A stretch of DNA of 64,000 nt from Heptranchias perlo (GCF_035084215.1 NC_090350.1:25978001-26042000); one strand, 5' to 3'; counted from the first letter of the stretch, positions 11,855 to 24,585 are shown. The notes: a model not told the origin generated them from the letters alone. Made by a program: numbers and translations.

Positions 11855-12729
11855 TTCGCAACCCCTCAAATAATGAAGCGGTCCGAGTCCGCATGCAGCA
11901 AGACCTGGACAACATCCAGGCTTGGGCTCATAAGTGGCAAATAATATTCGTGCGAGATAAGTGCCAGGCAATGACCATCTCCAACAAGAGAGTGTCTAAC
12001 CACCTCCCCATGACATTCAACAGCATTACCATCGCTGAATCCCCCACCATCAACATCCTGGGGGTCACCATTGACCAGAAACTTAACTGGACCAGCCATA
12101 TGAATACTGTGGTTACAAGAGCAGGTCAGAGGCTGGGTATTCTGCGGCGAGTGACTCACCTCCTGACTCCCCAAAGCCTTTCCACCATCTACAAGCCACA
12201 AGTCAGAAGTGTGATGGAATACTCTCCACTTGCCTGGATGAGTGCAGCTCCAACAACACTCAAGAAGCTCGACAACATCCAGGACAAAGCAGCCCGCTTG
12301 ATTGGCACCCCATCCACCACCCTAAACATTCACTCCCTTCACCACCGGCGCACTGTGGCTGCAGTGTGTACCATCCACAGGATGCTCTGCAGCAACTCGC
12401 CAAGGCTTCTTCGACAGCACCTCACAAACCCGCGACCTCTACCACCTAGAAGGACAAGAGTAGCAGGTGCATGGGAACAACACCACCTGCACATTCCCCT
12501 CCAAGTCACACACCATCCCGACTTGGAAATATATCGCCGTTCCTTCATCATCGCTGGGTCAAAATCCTGGAACTCCCTTCCTAACAGCACTGTGGGAGAA
12601 CTTTCACCACATGGACTGCAGCGGTTCAAGAAGGCGGCTCACCACCACCTTCTCAAGCGCAATTAGGGATGGGCAATAAATGCCGGCCTCGCCAGTGACG
12701 CCCACATCCCATGAACGAATAAAAAAAAA
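11855..12729 (+). mobile_element. 5'-truncated young CR1-clade LINE with poly(A) tail, open RT C-terminal frame
   Basis: ORF 11701-12666: QQDLDNIQAWAHKWQ..INILGVTIDQKLNW..VRSVMEYSPLAW..IQDKAARLI..SKSWNSLP; ends cccatgaacgaataaaaaaaaa; the L2 host resumes directly after. Confidence 0.88.
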
Positions 12730-12788
12730 TGGCTTCTCTTCCTGCCCTCGCACCATTACCTCCGGACTCCTCCAAGGATTTGTCCTAA

Positions 12789-13332
12789 TGAGAATCCTTA
12801 GGCTTAGGGACCCTAAAAGAATGCTGACCTTACCCCTTGCTAAATAGTTCACGACCACGGTATTGCAACATGCTGAGGGGAAAACAATAGCATTCATTAT
12901 AAAGTATCCTGTTATGTCCTAACAGTGCAGGTGACTTGATAGGACATTGTGCAACTGGAACATTCTGTGGTTTGGAGATGATTGTTTTGTCCAGTTGTTT
13001 ACAGGACATTGTGCAGCTGGAACAGGTTAATGATTACCTTGACCTTTAAGTGTTTTGAACCAGGGCATGACTACCAGAATGTGTACATGTACCGCTTATG
13101 ATTGGCTCCTGATAATCTGCTGTTATGCTAATGTTCTAGCTGTAAATGTATAAGAATGCAACACATTGAATGTAAATTTGCCTTTCTCTGCTGGATTCGA
13201 CGGACTCTGGTAGGAGTCACTGGGGTGCACGAGAGTAAAGCCCCGCGGAAAATAAAGATGTGTTTAATTCTGAAGGTGTGTTCGAGTCAGTGTTTGCTGA
13301 ACCAGACTGAGGGAAAAGAACCCAGATCAACA
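12789..13332 (+). mobile_element. Probable solo LTR (ERV/LTR retrotransposon)
   Basis: About 540-bp insert splitting an L2; TG...AACA ends; 22-bp direct repeat (aggacattgtgca[a/g]ctggaaca 12941/13003); ATTGG 13101, TATA-like 13149, AATAAA 13251; no clean TSD seen. Confidence 0.6.
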
Positions 13333-14629
13333 CTTGTACCCCTCCTCATTCTCATCTATTAGCTACATCTGCCCATTAGCGACATCATCCCAATGGTCAA
13401 CTTCTACTTACACTCTGATGACACCTGTTCTACTTCTCCACCACCTTGCTCAGACTGTTTGTCTGACATCCAATCCTGGATGAACCGCAATTTCCTCCAG
13501 TTAAACATTGGGAAAACCAAATCCACCGTCTCGAACCCCACCACAGACTCCGTATCCTCGCTGCCAATTCCTTCTCACTCCTGGCCAGTGTTTCAAGTAG
13601 AACTAGACTGTTCGCAACCTCGGCATCCCATCTGATCCCGAGCTGAGCTTCTAACCCCATATCCTCTCCATCACAAAGACCGCCTACCCCGTACCATTGC
13701 CCATCTCCGCCCCTTCCTCAGTCTATCTGCTGAAACCCTCATTCCTTGCCTTTGGCACCTACGTATTTGGCGATTCCAATGCTCTTCTGGCTGGCCTCCC
13801 ATTTTCCACCTTCTAAGCGTCAACTCATCCAAAACTCTACTGCTCATATTCTATCCCACCAAATCCTACTCACCCCTCACCCTTGTGCTTGTTGACCTCA
13901 TATTTAGGGGGAAGATCCAGGGTTGAAGGATTGGAGAAGTCCAAGTCCAGACTTGGCCAACTTGGCACAGCATAGCCATGACTCTGTCCTCCAATGCTGG
14001 TTACTGTTCCCATCAAACTCAAAATGGCAAAATGATCATGATCAGGAATTTAAAAGATAAAGTTTTTGCCTAATCCTGTCATATAAAATTGGCCTGTCTC
14101 AAAGTGATGGGGGTGGGGTTCATGAGCCCCCCCCCCTCCATAACCCCCACTGTTTATTTTTAATCCCTGTGTGGTGTCACCACTCACTATCTCTGTAACA
14201 TCCTCCAGACCTAAAACCATCCGAGAGCTCTGCCTTCCTCTGACTCTGGCCTTGTGCATCCAACACTCTCTTCACCCCACCATTGACAGCTATGCCTTCA
14301 GCCATCTAGGCCATATGCTTTGAAATCCCCCCCCCCATAACCTCTCTGCCACTCCACCTCCCTGTCCTCCTTTAAGACCCTTCCTCTTTGACCAAGCTTT
14401 TAGTCACCTCTCTTAATATCTTTATTTGGCTCAGTGTCAATTTTTGTCTGATTACGCTTCTGTGAAGCACCTTAAGATGTTTTTCTACACTAAAGGCACT
14501 AAATAAATGCAAATTGTGGTGGCAGAAAAAAATAACTCTCTGAAGGTTCATAACCAATCCCGTGAAACTATAGCTAAAACAAATCGAGTACTGAACTTCA
14601 GTCACAGAATTATTCATTATAAAACTAAA

Positions 14630-15090
14630 TATACAATTTTGTCCTTGTACAAGACTTAGGTTAGACCTCATTTAGAATACAGTACCAGTTTTGGTCCCCT
14701 CGCATGATGGGTGATATTGAGCCTATGGAAAAGGTTTAGAGGAGGACCACAAGAATAATTCCCAGTTTAAAACACCTTAGCTACCTAGATAGGCTTAAAC
14801 AACTGTATCTCCCTTTTCACCTCTCCCTGGAGATTACATGGCACCTAGTGGGTAGGGAGTGTCTTGGTTGACCTGTACAGGATATGATGTGGAGATGCCG
14901 GTGATGGACTGGGGTTGACAATTGTAAACAATTTTACAACACCAAGTTATAGGCCAACGATTTTTATTTGAAAGCTTGTAGATTTCAAATAAAAATCGTT
15001 GGACTATAACTTGGTGTTGTAAAATTGTTTACAACTGTATACGATGGCCTAGGTGGACCAGTTGGTCTTATTTTCCTGTGCTTTGTATGT
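14630..15090 (+). mobile_element. Degenerate CR1 3' fragment with an inserted Penelope-like palindrome
   Basis: ttgtacaagactt..gttagacctcatttagaatac..ttttggtcccct (LVRPHLEY..FWSP-like); insert about 14886-15034. Confidence 0.6.
14922..15034. repeat. Near-perfect hairpin: 52-bp arms (51/52 match), 9-nt loop
   Basis: 14922-14973 is the reverse complement of 14983-15034 with one mismatch. Confidence 0.95.
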
Positions 15091-15229
15091 AAATTGTTGT
15101 TGGAAGACTCGATTTACCAACCCCAGGGTTAACAACAATCCTGGAATTGTAATTTAAATTTAAAAAAAACAAAACTGAGGAAGAGAGAGAGAAAACCAGC
15201 AATTTTCACCAAGACCAAAAGAGAAGAGG

Positions 15230-15436
15230 GGAAATAATCAGGCGCACAGAGGAGGAGGAGGAGGGAGATGTAGAGCCAGTGGCAGAGGGAGGGGGCGCTG
15301 CCCTGATCCGAGGAGCTGACCCGCCGGCTCGGGCTCTGCCGCTGTTTGTTTGGCCGAAGTTTTAAGGTTGCACAGCGTTGGCCGCTCCGGCCACACCTGC
15401 CCCAGCGTCTCTATGCAATACGTTCCCCCGGAGACT
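15230..15436 (+). promoter_or_regulatory. GC/CpG-rich promoter and 5'UTR of the MGST3-type gene
   Basis: Local CpG enrichment and GGGAGGGGGCG GC boxes immediately upstream of coding exon 1. Confidence 0.6.
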
Positions 15437-15568
15437 ATGATCGCCCACCCGACCCAGCTCATACCCCCTCACTTCGGCTACGTGATCTTGGTATTTATCT
15501 ACAGCTGGGTCATGCTGGCTTACCTGGGAATGAAAGTGGGGATTGCCAGGAAGAAATACAATGTCAAG
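15437..15568 (+). CDS. MGST3: Microsomal glutathione S-transferase 3 (mgst3b-type), coding exon 1
   Basis: MIAHPTQLIPPHFGYVILVFIYSWVMLAYLGMKVGIARKKYNVK, donor AAG|GTAAAA; alternative in-frame ATG at 15413. Confidence 0.9.
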
Positions 15569-18319
15569 GTAAAAGAAACCCTCAACGATCAGCACGGGTC
15601 TCTTCCCTCTCCATAACCCCGCGGAGACGTGTTGTAATTAGACCCTAAAACAGCCGCAAAGGTTGTTATAGTCTGACTGTAACCGGGTGACATTTTCCAG
15701 GTTTCTGACCCCCCCCAGGTGAAGCCATGTTATTTTCAGTTCATTCTCTGCTGAGGCTCTTTTTAAACTAAAATATCTGTTTCAGATGCTGTTATTAAGT
15801 GCCATTTCACAAGATTTAAATTTTAAAAACCTGTGAATTTTCGAATGGTCCCACTAAAAATCCATGACTTGGGTTTGTAAGATGACGAGCAGTACAAAAA
15901 GGCCTCTTCTGATTCAGGGCCCATAACTGCATTTCCTGTGGCAGAGCTCAAAGGGGGATCTTGTTACAGCCATAAAAGATGACCTCGCGAAAAAAAATAT
16001 TATTCTGCAAAGTACTTATGTGGCTGCTAATTTTAGAATGATTCTTAAAAAGACTAGTGTCGTTTCATTGGAGCAGAATCATTGCTAAGGTTGGGCGGAG
16101 GGGGGTTGAAATTGCGGCTAGCTATCATTAAGAACAGGAAAAATAAGTTTAAGATGAAGAAAACCACTCCGATTACCACATACCTTTGACTATTGAATGG
16201 TTAATAGCAGGGCAACCAGCTGACTTCTCCGTAATCAGCCAAATGCATATGCTTTAGCAAAATGTCAGCGACTGATTTAGTATGTTTATTTCCTGCAGTT
16301 CAACCAACCCTAACCCTAATGCAATCCTGAATGTCCCACATATGGGCAGGTGGTAAGAAATGTAGAAAGTCTGTGTGGTGAAATCCAGTTCAGATGCAAA
16401 CATTTTTTTTCCTGTTTTTTTACTTTGCTCCAGAATTTTGATTGCAATTTTGTGAGCTAATTACATTTTCTGTTCTGACATCTTTCTCAAAGATCTTCAT
16501 TTAGCATCTGGTTCTACATTTGTGTATTATGCATTTTTTTCACCTGTTACTTGACAATGATATACCTTGAGTTTTAAAAACTCTTAAGACTTCACATCCT
16601 ATTTTCATGTTGCACATTTATCCAAGGAGGGCATCCCTCTGATTTTTACATAACAGCAATCCACACATGTGGCCAATTGTCAGTATATTCTACAGCTTCA
16701 TTGCCATCAGCTACTTTCTCTTCTTAACTCTAAAATTAAACAAAGTTTTCAGCTTTCTTTTCTCTACTGCCATTTCATTGATCCTGCTTAAACTGCACTT
16801 GCTACTGATGTGCAATCATGTTCATTATTGTCATTATGCAAATACAGCAGCAGAACCATGGGTGTAATTTATGGCCCAGCAGAGCACAAATGAGCCTGCC
16901 TGGACCAATTAGTTTTTAAATTTTAAATATAAATCAAATTAAGAACCTTAATAAAGTTGAGGGACAGAACATGGGAAACAATTTATGCAGATAAAAAAAG
17001 TAAAAATGACATTCTTGAAATAGTGCCCTACTATAGCCCCACTTGAGAACGACTATAACTCCTTTGTAACTTTATTCCTTGTGAGTTGTCCATTCTGATG
17101 TAACAAAAAATCAAACTAAAACCTCTCCATAACATTCTCTTAATCACCTCTATTTTAAATTTACTTGCTAAATATAGTTTAAAAGGAAATTAGATTATGC
17201 ATGAGAAAAATAATGAGGGAGGCTAATCTATATAAATATGATTTAATAACAAAGCATCCTGTCTAAGGTGATAACACCAATGTAACTGTTCCTATAAAAC
17301 AGGTGCATACATTGTATATTCAGACATCATGCATATTGCTTGTTTTCATTTTAAATAAGTAGACAAATTAATTGATAATATCTTAATGGGAACCTTGTTA
17401 GTGTGCTGTTTAATGTTTGAGTTTAACAAATGTTTAATTTGCATGTTTAAAAAAAAGTTTTTTTAGACTGGGAATCTGCTCAGAAGCAACATGAATCAAG
17501 TAGGTAAATCTTCCAGTTAGAGTGGCTTTTTGTAGGCAGGACAATAAGCAAAAACTATAAAGGAAAGAATAAAGTAAACAATTTAGATCATTAAGTGTAA
17601 ATGCTTTCTCTGCACAATATAAAAATCATGAAATAATTTAAATTTGAGCACACTTACGTACTTAAAAATAAATAACTAGAGATTTCTGAAGTTTTTAAAA
17701 GTTACTAGTAATTTTTTGTGGCGTTTCAAAACAAAAATTGGGATTGAGTACAGTTCATTAGTTGACACTTGAGTCTTTCATGGGGTTGCTTTTAAAATCC
17801 ATTGGCAAGGTTTTCTAGAGGGTAAGCCACTCAGACAGCTCAGAGGGATCATGGAGCAATTTTGGAAGTTCATTGGCAGACTTTGGTAAAGGTAGGCTTC
17901 CCAGAAAGCTGAGCTGCATAGATTCCAAAATTAATTTAACTTTAAAATGTCACCAACCCCAATATAAGCATATGTGTGTAAAACTACTTCTTCAGGCTTA
18001 ATAAAGAATTGTAATGGTATCTGGATTTTTTTTGGAGGCCTCCCACCCATCCCCATTTGTGGGACCTCTAATATTTTCCACCTCATTGCTCCAGAGTGCT
18101 GTCAATGAAACATGTTGGACTAATTGGAAAGCTCAGATATTGGGTGGCCTTCTGTCACATCTCCAACCTATTGACAGTAATGTCAATAAAAGGAGTTGGA
18201 TCAGTCAGCAAGCACAAAATTGAGTCACTACAGACACAACATTTGTTACATTCATAATGATCACTACAGACACATTTTTTTGGATATAAATATGCAAGTT
18301 GTTGTAATAAAACACATTA

Positions 18320-19085
18320 CCTTGGATCTTAGTTCAAATCCAGTCTAGATTGATGGGAGTAAATTTGCTAAACCATGTTACCTTTAAGAATCCTAAATGA
18401 AATGAGTTTCAACTCACTTCCTAGTGGAGGGAATTTCATGGACTTGGAGAGGGCGCAGTGGAAATTTACTAGAATGGTACCAGGGATGAGCTGAGACTGT
18501 TCTCCTTACAGCAGAGAAGGTTAAGTGAAGATTTAATAGAGGTATTCAAAAGTAAGAAGGCTTTTGATAGAGCAGATAGGGAGAAACTGTTTCCACTGGC
18601 AGGAGAGTCAATAACCAAAGGATGCAGATTTAAGATAATTGGCAAAAGAACCGGGGGAAGATGAGGCAATTTTTTTTTATGCAGCGAGTTGTTATGATCT
18701 GGAATACACTATCTGAAAGGCTGGTGGAAGCAGGGCTATGGAGAAAGAGCAGGGTTGTGGGACTAATTGGGTTGCTTTTTCAAAGAGCTGGCACAGGCAC
18801 AATGGGCTGAATGGCCTCCTTCTGTGCTGTAAGATTCTATGGATACAACACAAAACCTGTCCATGATTTTGAAACCAAAATGGCAATCTTACTCAGAGAT
18901 TGGAAAGACAGCTGGTATGGAAAACGTCACACTGGCAGAGTTGCCACTGAATAGAGGGAGCTTTACTTTGCATCTGGTTTATGCCATAACTGGGGTAGTG
19001 ACTAGTTGATGCTGACACAGGATGCCAAAGTAGGAAAGCATTTAGTCCCCAGCACTGATGTCCCTCATCTCAATGAATGCCAGTT
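18320..19085 (+). mobile_element. LF-SINE-like element split by a CR1 3' fragment (about 18430-18840)
   Basis: ttagttcaaatccag..cctaaatgaaatgagttt..cttcctagtgga / acacaaaacc..aaatggca..gagggagctttactttgc resembles the recalled LF-SINE; internal CR1 tail ends tgtgctgtaagattctatg. Confidence 0.55.
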
Positions 19086-19172
19086 CACTCACTCCACCCA
19101 GAAAAATAATTATTGGATACTTTTAACAATATAAGTGTGAGCCATTGATGTATCAATGTGCTGCAATAGTAA

Positions 19173-19613
19173 GGAAGACTTGCATTTATATAGCCCCCTT
19201 CATGACCTCAGGGCATCCCAATGAAGTACTTTTTGAAGTGTGGGCACTATTATAATGTAGGAAACGCAGCAGCCAATTTGCACACAACAAGCTCCCACAA
19301 ACAGTAATGTGATAACCAGATAAACTGCTTTTAGTGAGATTGGTTGAGCGATAAATATTAGCCAGGACACCAGGGAGGGCTGCCCTGCTCTTCTTCTAGT
19401 GCCTTAGCATCTTTTACGTCCACCTGAGAGGGCAGACGGGGCCTCGGTTTAACGTCTCATCTGAAAGACGGCACCTCCGACAGTGCAGCACTCCCTCAGT
19501 CTTGCACTGGAGTGTCAGCCTAGATTATGTGCTGAAGCCTCTGGATTGAAACTTGAACCCACACCCTCCTGATTCAGAGGCAAAAGTGCTACCACTGAGC
19601 CAAGGCTGACACC
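19173..19613 (-). mobile_element. Full-length Deu-domain SINE (SacSINE1-like)
   Basis: Minus strand: tRNA-like head gtgtcagccttggctcagtggtagcac..gggttcaag, Deu core ggaggtgccgtctttcagatgagacgttaaaccgaggcccc, L2-like tail ctatataaatgcaagtc. Confidence 0.85.
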
Positions 19614-21008
19614 TGATAGTATACCACATTGTATGCAGCTGAGTTGCAAGAGGAATGGTGTGCTAATATCAATTAAATAGTGATAGTCAACTCTACCTGG
19701 ATGACTATATAGTAAATGTCTGAAACCATTTTCTAATTACAACTATTGCATCCTTCTTGATTAATTAAAAGTTAGCCCTGGTAGACCAAAGAGGAGAAAC
19801 GTGAAGAAGGTAGGATGAGAGAATAAATACCTTCCCAAATAGGAGGTTTCTCTTCCTTCTCTAGAATCATTGCAATTTTATGTATTTGGTCAGAGATTAT
19901 GAACTTAAGGAAGACAGTATTTTCATGTGTATATCTCAGTACATTTCTTCTCTCTTTGCAGGGAAAGCTAGTCTTGTTTCAATGCACTGTGTATTACAAG
20001 GTGATAATGACAAGCAATGTGAAAGCCCCATCAGGACACTAATTGGCAAGAAATTATACAATGAGAGAAAAATTCTTGCAAATAATTCAGTAATGGTGTG
20101 AAATAATTAGGTGAATCAGAAGACATGTCAAAATACCATTGCAGTTAGGAATTGATGATTTGCAATCAAAAAAATCTCTGTACATCAATTGAAACTAATT
20201 TAGAATATTAGAATTATTATCTTACATGGAACTTGGACTGGTTTTTAAGCAAACACATTTTGGACATTTTCCTAAGTGTACTTTTCATAAGGTAACATTA
20301 CCCTTGAATATTTTTACATGTAACCACAATTAAAAGAGAAGATAACTCTTGTGACAAATTCTATTACTGATAGGGACTTAGAATTCCTCTATGACACTGA
20401 ATATTTATTTTTCAGTTTTTACTAATCTACATTTAAAAGGTTCTTCAGCCCACAGGGCATGGATTTCCCTTTGCCATACTAATTATGTTTATATAGGACT
20501 GTCTGCTCCAGGAATTTCCCATCATTAACCTTATAGCGACCAGTCACAGCAGTTTTCTCTTTTACTAATATTTGGTACTTTAAAGTCTCATGTTATGCAA
20601 TTAAGGGCCACAGTATTCATATTTCAGCTAGCTTGACTGCTCTTATGGTAGTGGTTGGTATAGAATAGCTTGTGAATGAGCTACTGCAATTTTCATAGGA
20701 ATTGTTTCTTTTACGGTTGAGGAAAAGGGGTTTTAGTTAGAAAATATTGTTTCAATTCTTCTTTTGGTCTTTGACCAGTAAATTATAAAATAAATTAAAA
20801 TACAGCATTAGTTTGTGAGCTTTGACATCATTTGAAGCATTCATGGAAAGCTGGAATCTGTTTAGTTGAAGTAGAATTTATTTGGATCAACTTCCCATTG
20901 ACTGTCTTTAGCCACGGACTTTTGAAGCTGAAACATTCACGAGAGTTCTGCAATTGGATCATCCAGTCGTTCATTAGCTTTGTAGTAATACCTTATATTT
21001 CCTTCCAG

Positions 21009-21131
21009 TATCCAAACATGTACAGTGATAAAGACCCAATATTCAACTGCATCCAACGAGCACATCAAAACACATTGGAGATATATCCTCAGTGGCTGAT
21101 CTTCCAACTGATAGCTGGAGTTGTCTATCCG
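21009..21131 (+). CDS. MGST3: MGST3-type exon 2
   Basis: ttccttcCAG|YPNMYSDKDPIFNCIQRAHQNTLEIYPQWLIFQLIAGVVYP|GTAAGG; FNCIQRAHQNTLE is the MGST3/MAPEG signature. Confidence 0.95.
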
Positions 21132-22177
21132 GTAAGGATGAGAAAATGGCATTGTAGCTCAGGGAAACATTCTGCCATAAATGATCTGCGCTGTCCTCTT
21201 CCACGCTGCTCTCCAGCCAGTAATTAGTTCCACAGTATTGAAACTGGGATAACTCCTTCAGCTTTTAGCCAAAGGACTGTACAGCCCATGAATTTGTAAC
21301 TAACACTGTTGTGTCCACAAAAAGCAAATAAACTTTAAAAAAATTAATATATAATTGAACTTTATTTCTAAGTGCATTGATGCAAAAAATTGATTCTTCA
21401 ACAAATTATTACCTGATGTCCATAACTTTAGCTTGCTGAAGATGAATTTCAAAGTATTAATCCCTTGGTTCACTGTTGCTCAATGTTGTGTGCCTCAGTT
21501 TCACAGAGGACATTGTTCCTGCAGCAGTGACATATTTTCCCTTAGAACAGAGTAACATGAACACTTTCTGTCTTGTGCCCTCCCACAGACCATGGACAAG
21601 TCTGAACATGCACTGCCTCATCCTTCTGATAAAAGAAAACTGTATGTGACAGGGGGTGAAATTGTCCATTTTTGTAAAAATGGGCAGGTTGATATACAAG
21701 TTGTTCTTTCACCTTCAGAACTGAAATTTAAATTCAATTCTGACCAATGAAAGAAAAGTCCGCCCGTTCTCTCTCTCTCTGTTGGTCATGTTTCTTAAAC
21801 AAAATGATTTTGAGCAATTTTAGCTCAGCTGCTACCAAATGCATTTCTATACACAAAATTGTTCATAATTTGGTACAAAATGAAAAACAAGAAAATCTGC
21901 CATTTGTATAACATCTTGCTACACCTTAAACATCTCAATGTGCTTTACATACTTTGAAGTGCAGTGACCGTTGGTACAGCCATTTTCTGCACAAGAACGA
22001 AAAGTATTAATTTTAGACACGCACACAAAGCCTAGTTAGAGTATTTTCCATTGATTTTATGTGTTAATGATATCCTTCATTGTGGGTTCTAAATATTTTT
22101 TCATTTTACACCAAAGTGTTTATGAACAAAAAAATAGCACCAGTTTGTTATAATCTAGTTTATTTAATATTTCATAG

Positions 22178-22250
22178 ATCACTGCTTCTGTGCTCGGTAT
22201 CATCTGGGTAACCAGCCGATTTTCTTATGCATGGGGATATTACACAGGGG
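22178..22250 (+). CDS. MGST3: MGST3-type exon 3
   Basis: TAG|ITASVLGIIWVTSRFSYAWGYYTG-G|GTATGT. Confidence 0.93.
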
Positions 22251-22419
22251 GTATGTATTATTCAGATTCCTTTTTCCTATACAAATATTTTATATTTTAG
22301 AAGAAAAAAAATTACAAGATAAATGTGTTTAGCAAATGTTATTTTAAAGGTACCAGGCACCACATGTACAATAATATTAATGGGACAAATAATTTAATTT
22401 CTGGATCACAACTCAGAAA

Positions 22420-23556
22420 AGTAACAAAGCTCTTCATTTATGATATTATTTTTGAGGTCCAATGTAAATACAGCAGCCGTTTCCACAAACAGCAAAGAGA
22501 TGAAGGGCTAGTTAATCTGTTTTTGGCTGTATTGGTTGAGGGAGGAATTTTGGCTAGGACACTAGCAGAGTTCCCTGCTCCTCTTCAATTAATGCCATGA
22601 GATCTTTAACATCCATCAAAACCATTGAAACATGCAGACTGGACCTTGGTTTACTGTCTTCTGAAGAATAACCTCTCCAGCAATGCAGCACTAAAATGCT
22701 GAACTCCTGGAGAGGAGTTTGAACCCACCTTCAGAAATCACCAACTGAGATAAACTGACAGGTAGAGTCAGTGTTAACAAGAAAGGATATATAAGAAAAG
22801 CATTAGGTATTTTTTCCACAATCAAAACATGCTGTATCTTTTTAGCTAGAGTGGAATTCTTTTGAAGTTGTTTAGTGTCAGTAATTACATAATGATGCAA
22901 ATGTGCTAACCTAGAAAACTGACCAACAGGTTCAGAAAAGCTAACAGACAAAAAAAGCCTTTAATTTGGGCCTTAAGACCAGCTACTTCCATCTCTGTAA
23001 CATCACTTACCTCCACCCATCTGTGGCTGAAACATTCATTCATGCCTTTGTCACCTTCAGACTCAACTATTATAGTGTTCTCCTGGGCAACCTCCTATCC
23101 TCCATAAACTTGTCCAAAACAATGCTGCATGTATCCTATTCCACATCAAGTACTGCTCACCCATCGCCCCAGTTCTCGCTGAACTACATTGACTCCCGGT
23201 GTCTCAACACCTCAAAATATAAAGTTCTCATCCTTATGTTTAAATTCCTTCATGGCCTTACTCTTCTCTTCCTGTCCCTGCAACCTCCCCCACCCCACCA
23301 GCAAAACTCTCCATTCCTGATTCTGGCCTCTTGTGCACTGCCCCCAACTTTAGCAGTCGTGCCTTCAGCCCCCTAGGCCCCACTGTCTGGAATTCCCTCC
23401 ATAAGCCACTGTGCCTCTCCTCCTTTAAGACCCTCCTTAAAACCTACCTCTGACAAAGCTTTTGATCACCCTGCCATCTTTTTTTGATTACGCCTCTTCA
23501 AAGTGCCTTGGGATGTTTTTCTGTTAAAGACACTACACAAAACTAGTTGTCGTTGT
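22420..23556. mobile_element. Degenerate Deu-SINE (-, about 22420-22750) and L2 3' end (+, about 22970-23556)
   Basis: SINE core remnants; ORF 22966 (AETFIHAFVTFRLNYYSVLL..YKVLILMFKFLHG) is L2 ORF2-like. Confidence 0.7.
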
Positions 23557-24481
23557 TTCCACTATGTTTCACTTGCATTTTCTGTATTAATTTCAGATGT
23601 GTTGCATTTGCAAACTTTTTCCTTAATATTTGCTTATTTTCTCACATTTTTGTTCACATGGACCTGTCCTGTCTTTTGACACCTTACTATTAGCACATTC
23701 CTAACTATCATGTCACAGATAATCTTTTACATCATCTAACAGTCTTATTAAGCAGCTTGCAGATCAATTAACACATTAACTCCATCTCTGAGTGGTGTAT
23801 TTGTTAATTCTCTCCCACTTTCCTATTTTTTCCCAACTTTACCAAAATGCCCATTTATGTCTTCCCTTCTAATGAAGGCTTACACACCAGAAATATCATA
23901 ACCTCTTATCTCTTTACAGATGCTGACTGACCTGTTGAGTATTTCCAGTACTTTTTTTTTCCTCCCCTCTCTCCTCGTCTACCTGCTTGATTTTGTCATC
24001 TCTGCCCTGGCTTGTTTTTCTCTCTCCGCCCCCTAAAAATTCACCAAGCTTTTCTGAAGTCTGTGATCCTGGTTGGTGCCTTGTTACTACCCCACCACCC
24101 CTCTCCATTCCCTGCTCTGCATGTGACAAACTGGCCCATGGAGTCCACTGGACCACAATATATCAAGATATGAAACTCGTACTTCCACAAAAGAAATTCT
24201 TTATACACAATTGAAATTTGTGATCATAAAGGTTATAGTGTAAATCCTGTGGAATACCAGAGTTAGAATTGAGATCTACCTTCTTTCAAAGGTGTGCATA
24301 CTTTTGAAAAGAGACGGGTCCAATATTTATATTTATTTATAACTCCAATATGCCATATAAAACCTACAATTTATACTTCTTACAAATGAATCGTGATAGC
24401 AGTCTCAAAAAATTAAACCACATTTTTGTTTTAGATTATGTACTTTGGTTCAGCTACATTACCTCTGCTTTTTCTTCACAG

Positions 24482-24585
24482 AGCCAGAGAAAAGAATTAA
24501 GGGTTCCTATGGATACATTGGCCTACTGGGAGTCATTTTCCTATCCATAGTTGTTGCTTTTAAAACCCTTGTTTTGCTCGGATAA
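24482..24585 (+). CDS. MGST3: MGST3-type last coding exon
   Basis: CAG|(E)PEKRIKGSYGYIGLLGVIFLSIVVAFKTLVLLG-TAA; total about 143 aa. Confidence 0.92.

Larger units (their letters stand above)
11590..14520 (+). mobile_element. Fragmented L2 LINE interrupted by nested insertions (CR1-like LINE, LTR-like element, unknown about 13905-14150)
   Basis: L2 RT remnants 11590-11854, 12728-12788, 13333-13900 (LHSDDT..CLSDIQSWMNRNFLQLNIGKT) and 14150-14520 ending in taaataaatgcaaattgt. Confidence 0.8.

Noticed and set aside
11701-12666. 321-aa ORF as a host gene
   Set aside because: Chance fusion of L2 sequence to a 5'-truncated LINE RT C-terminus that ends in a poly(A) tail
19540-19613. tRNA gene-like sequence (A and B boxes)
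   Set aside because: It is the tRNA-derived head of a Deu-SINE, continuous with the SINE body
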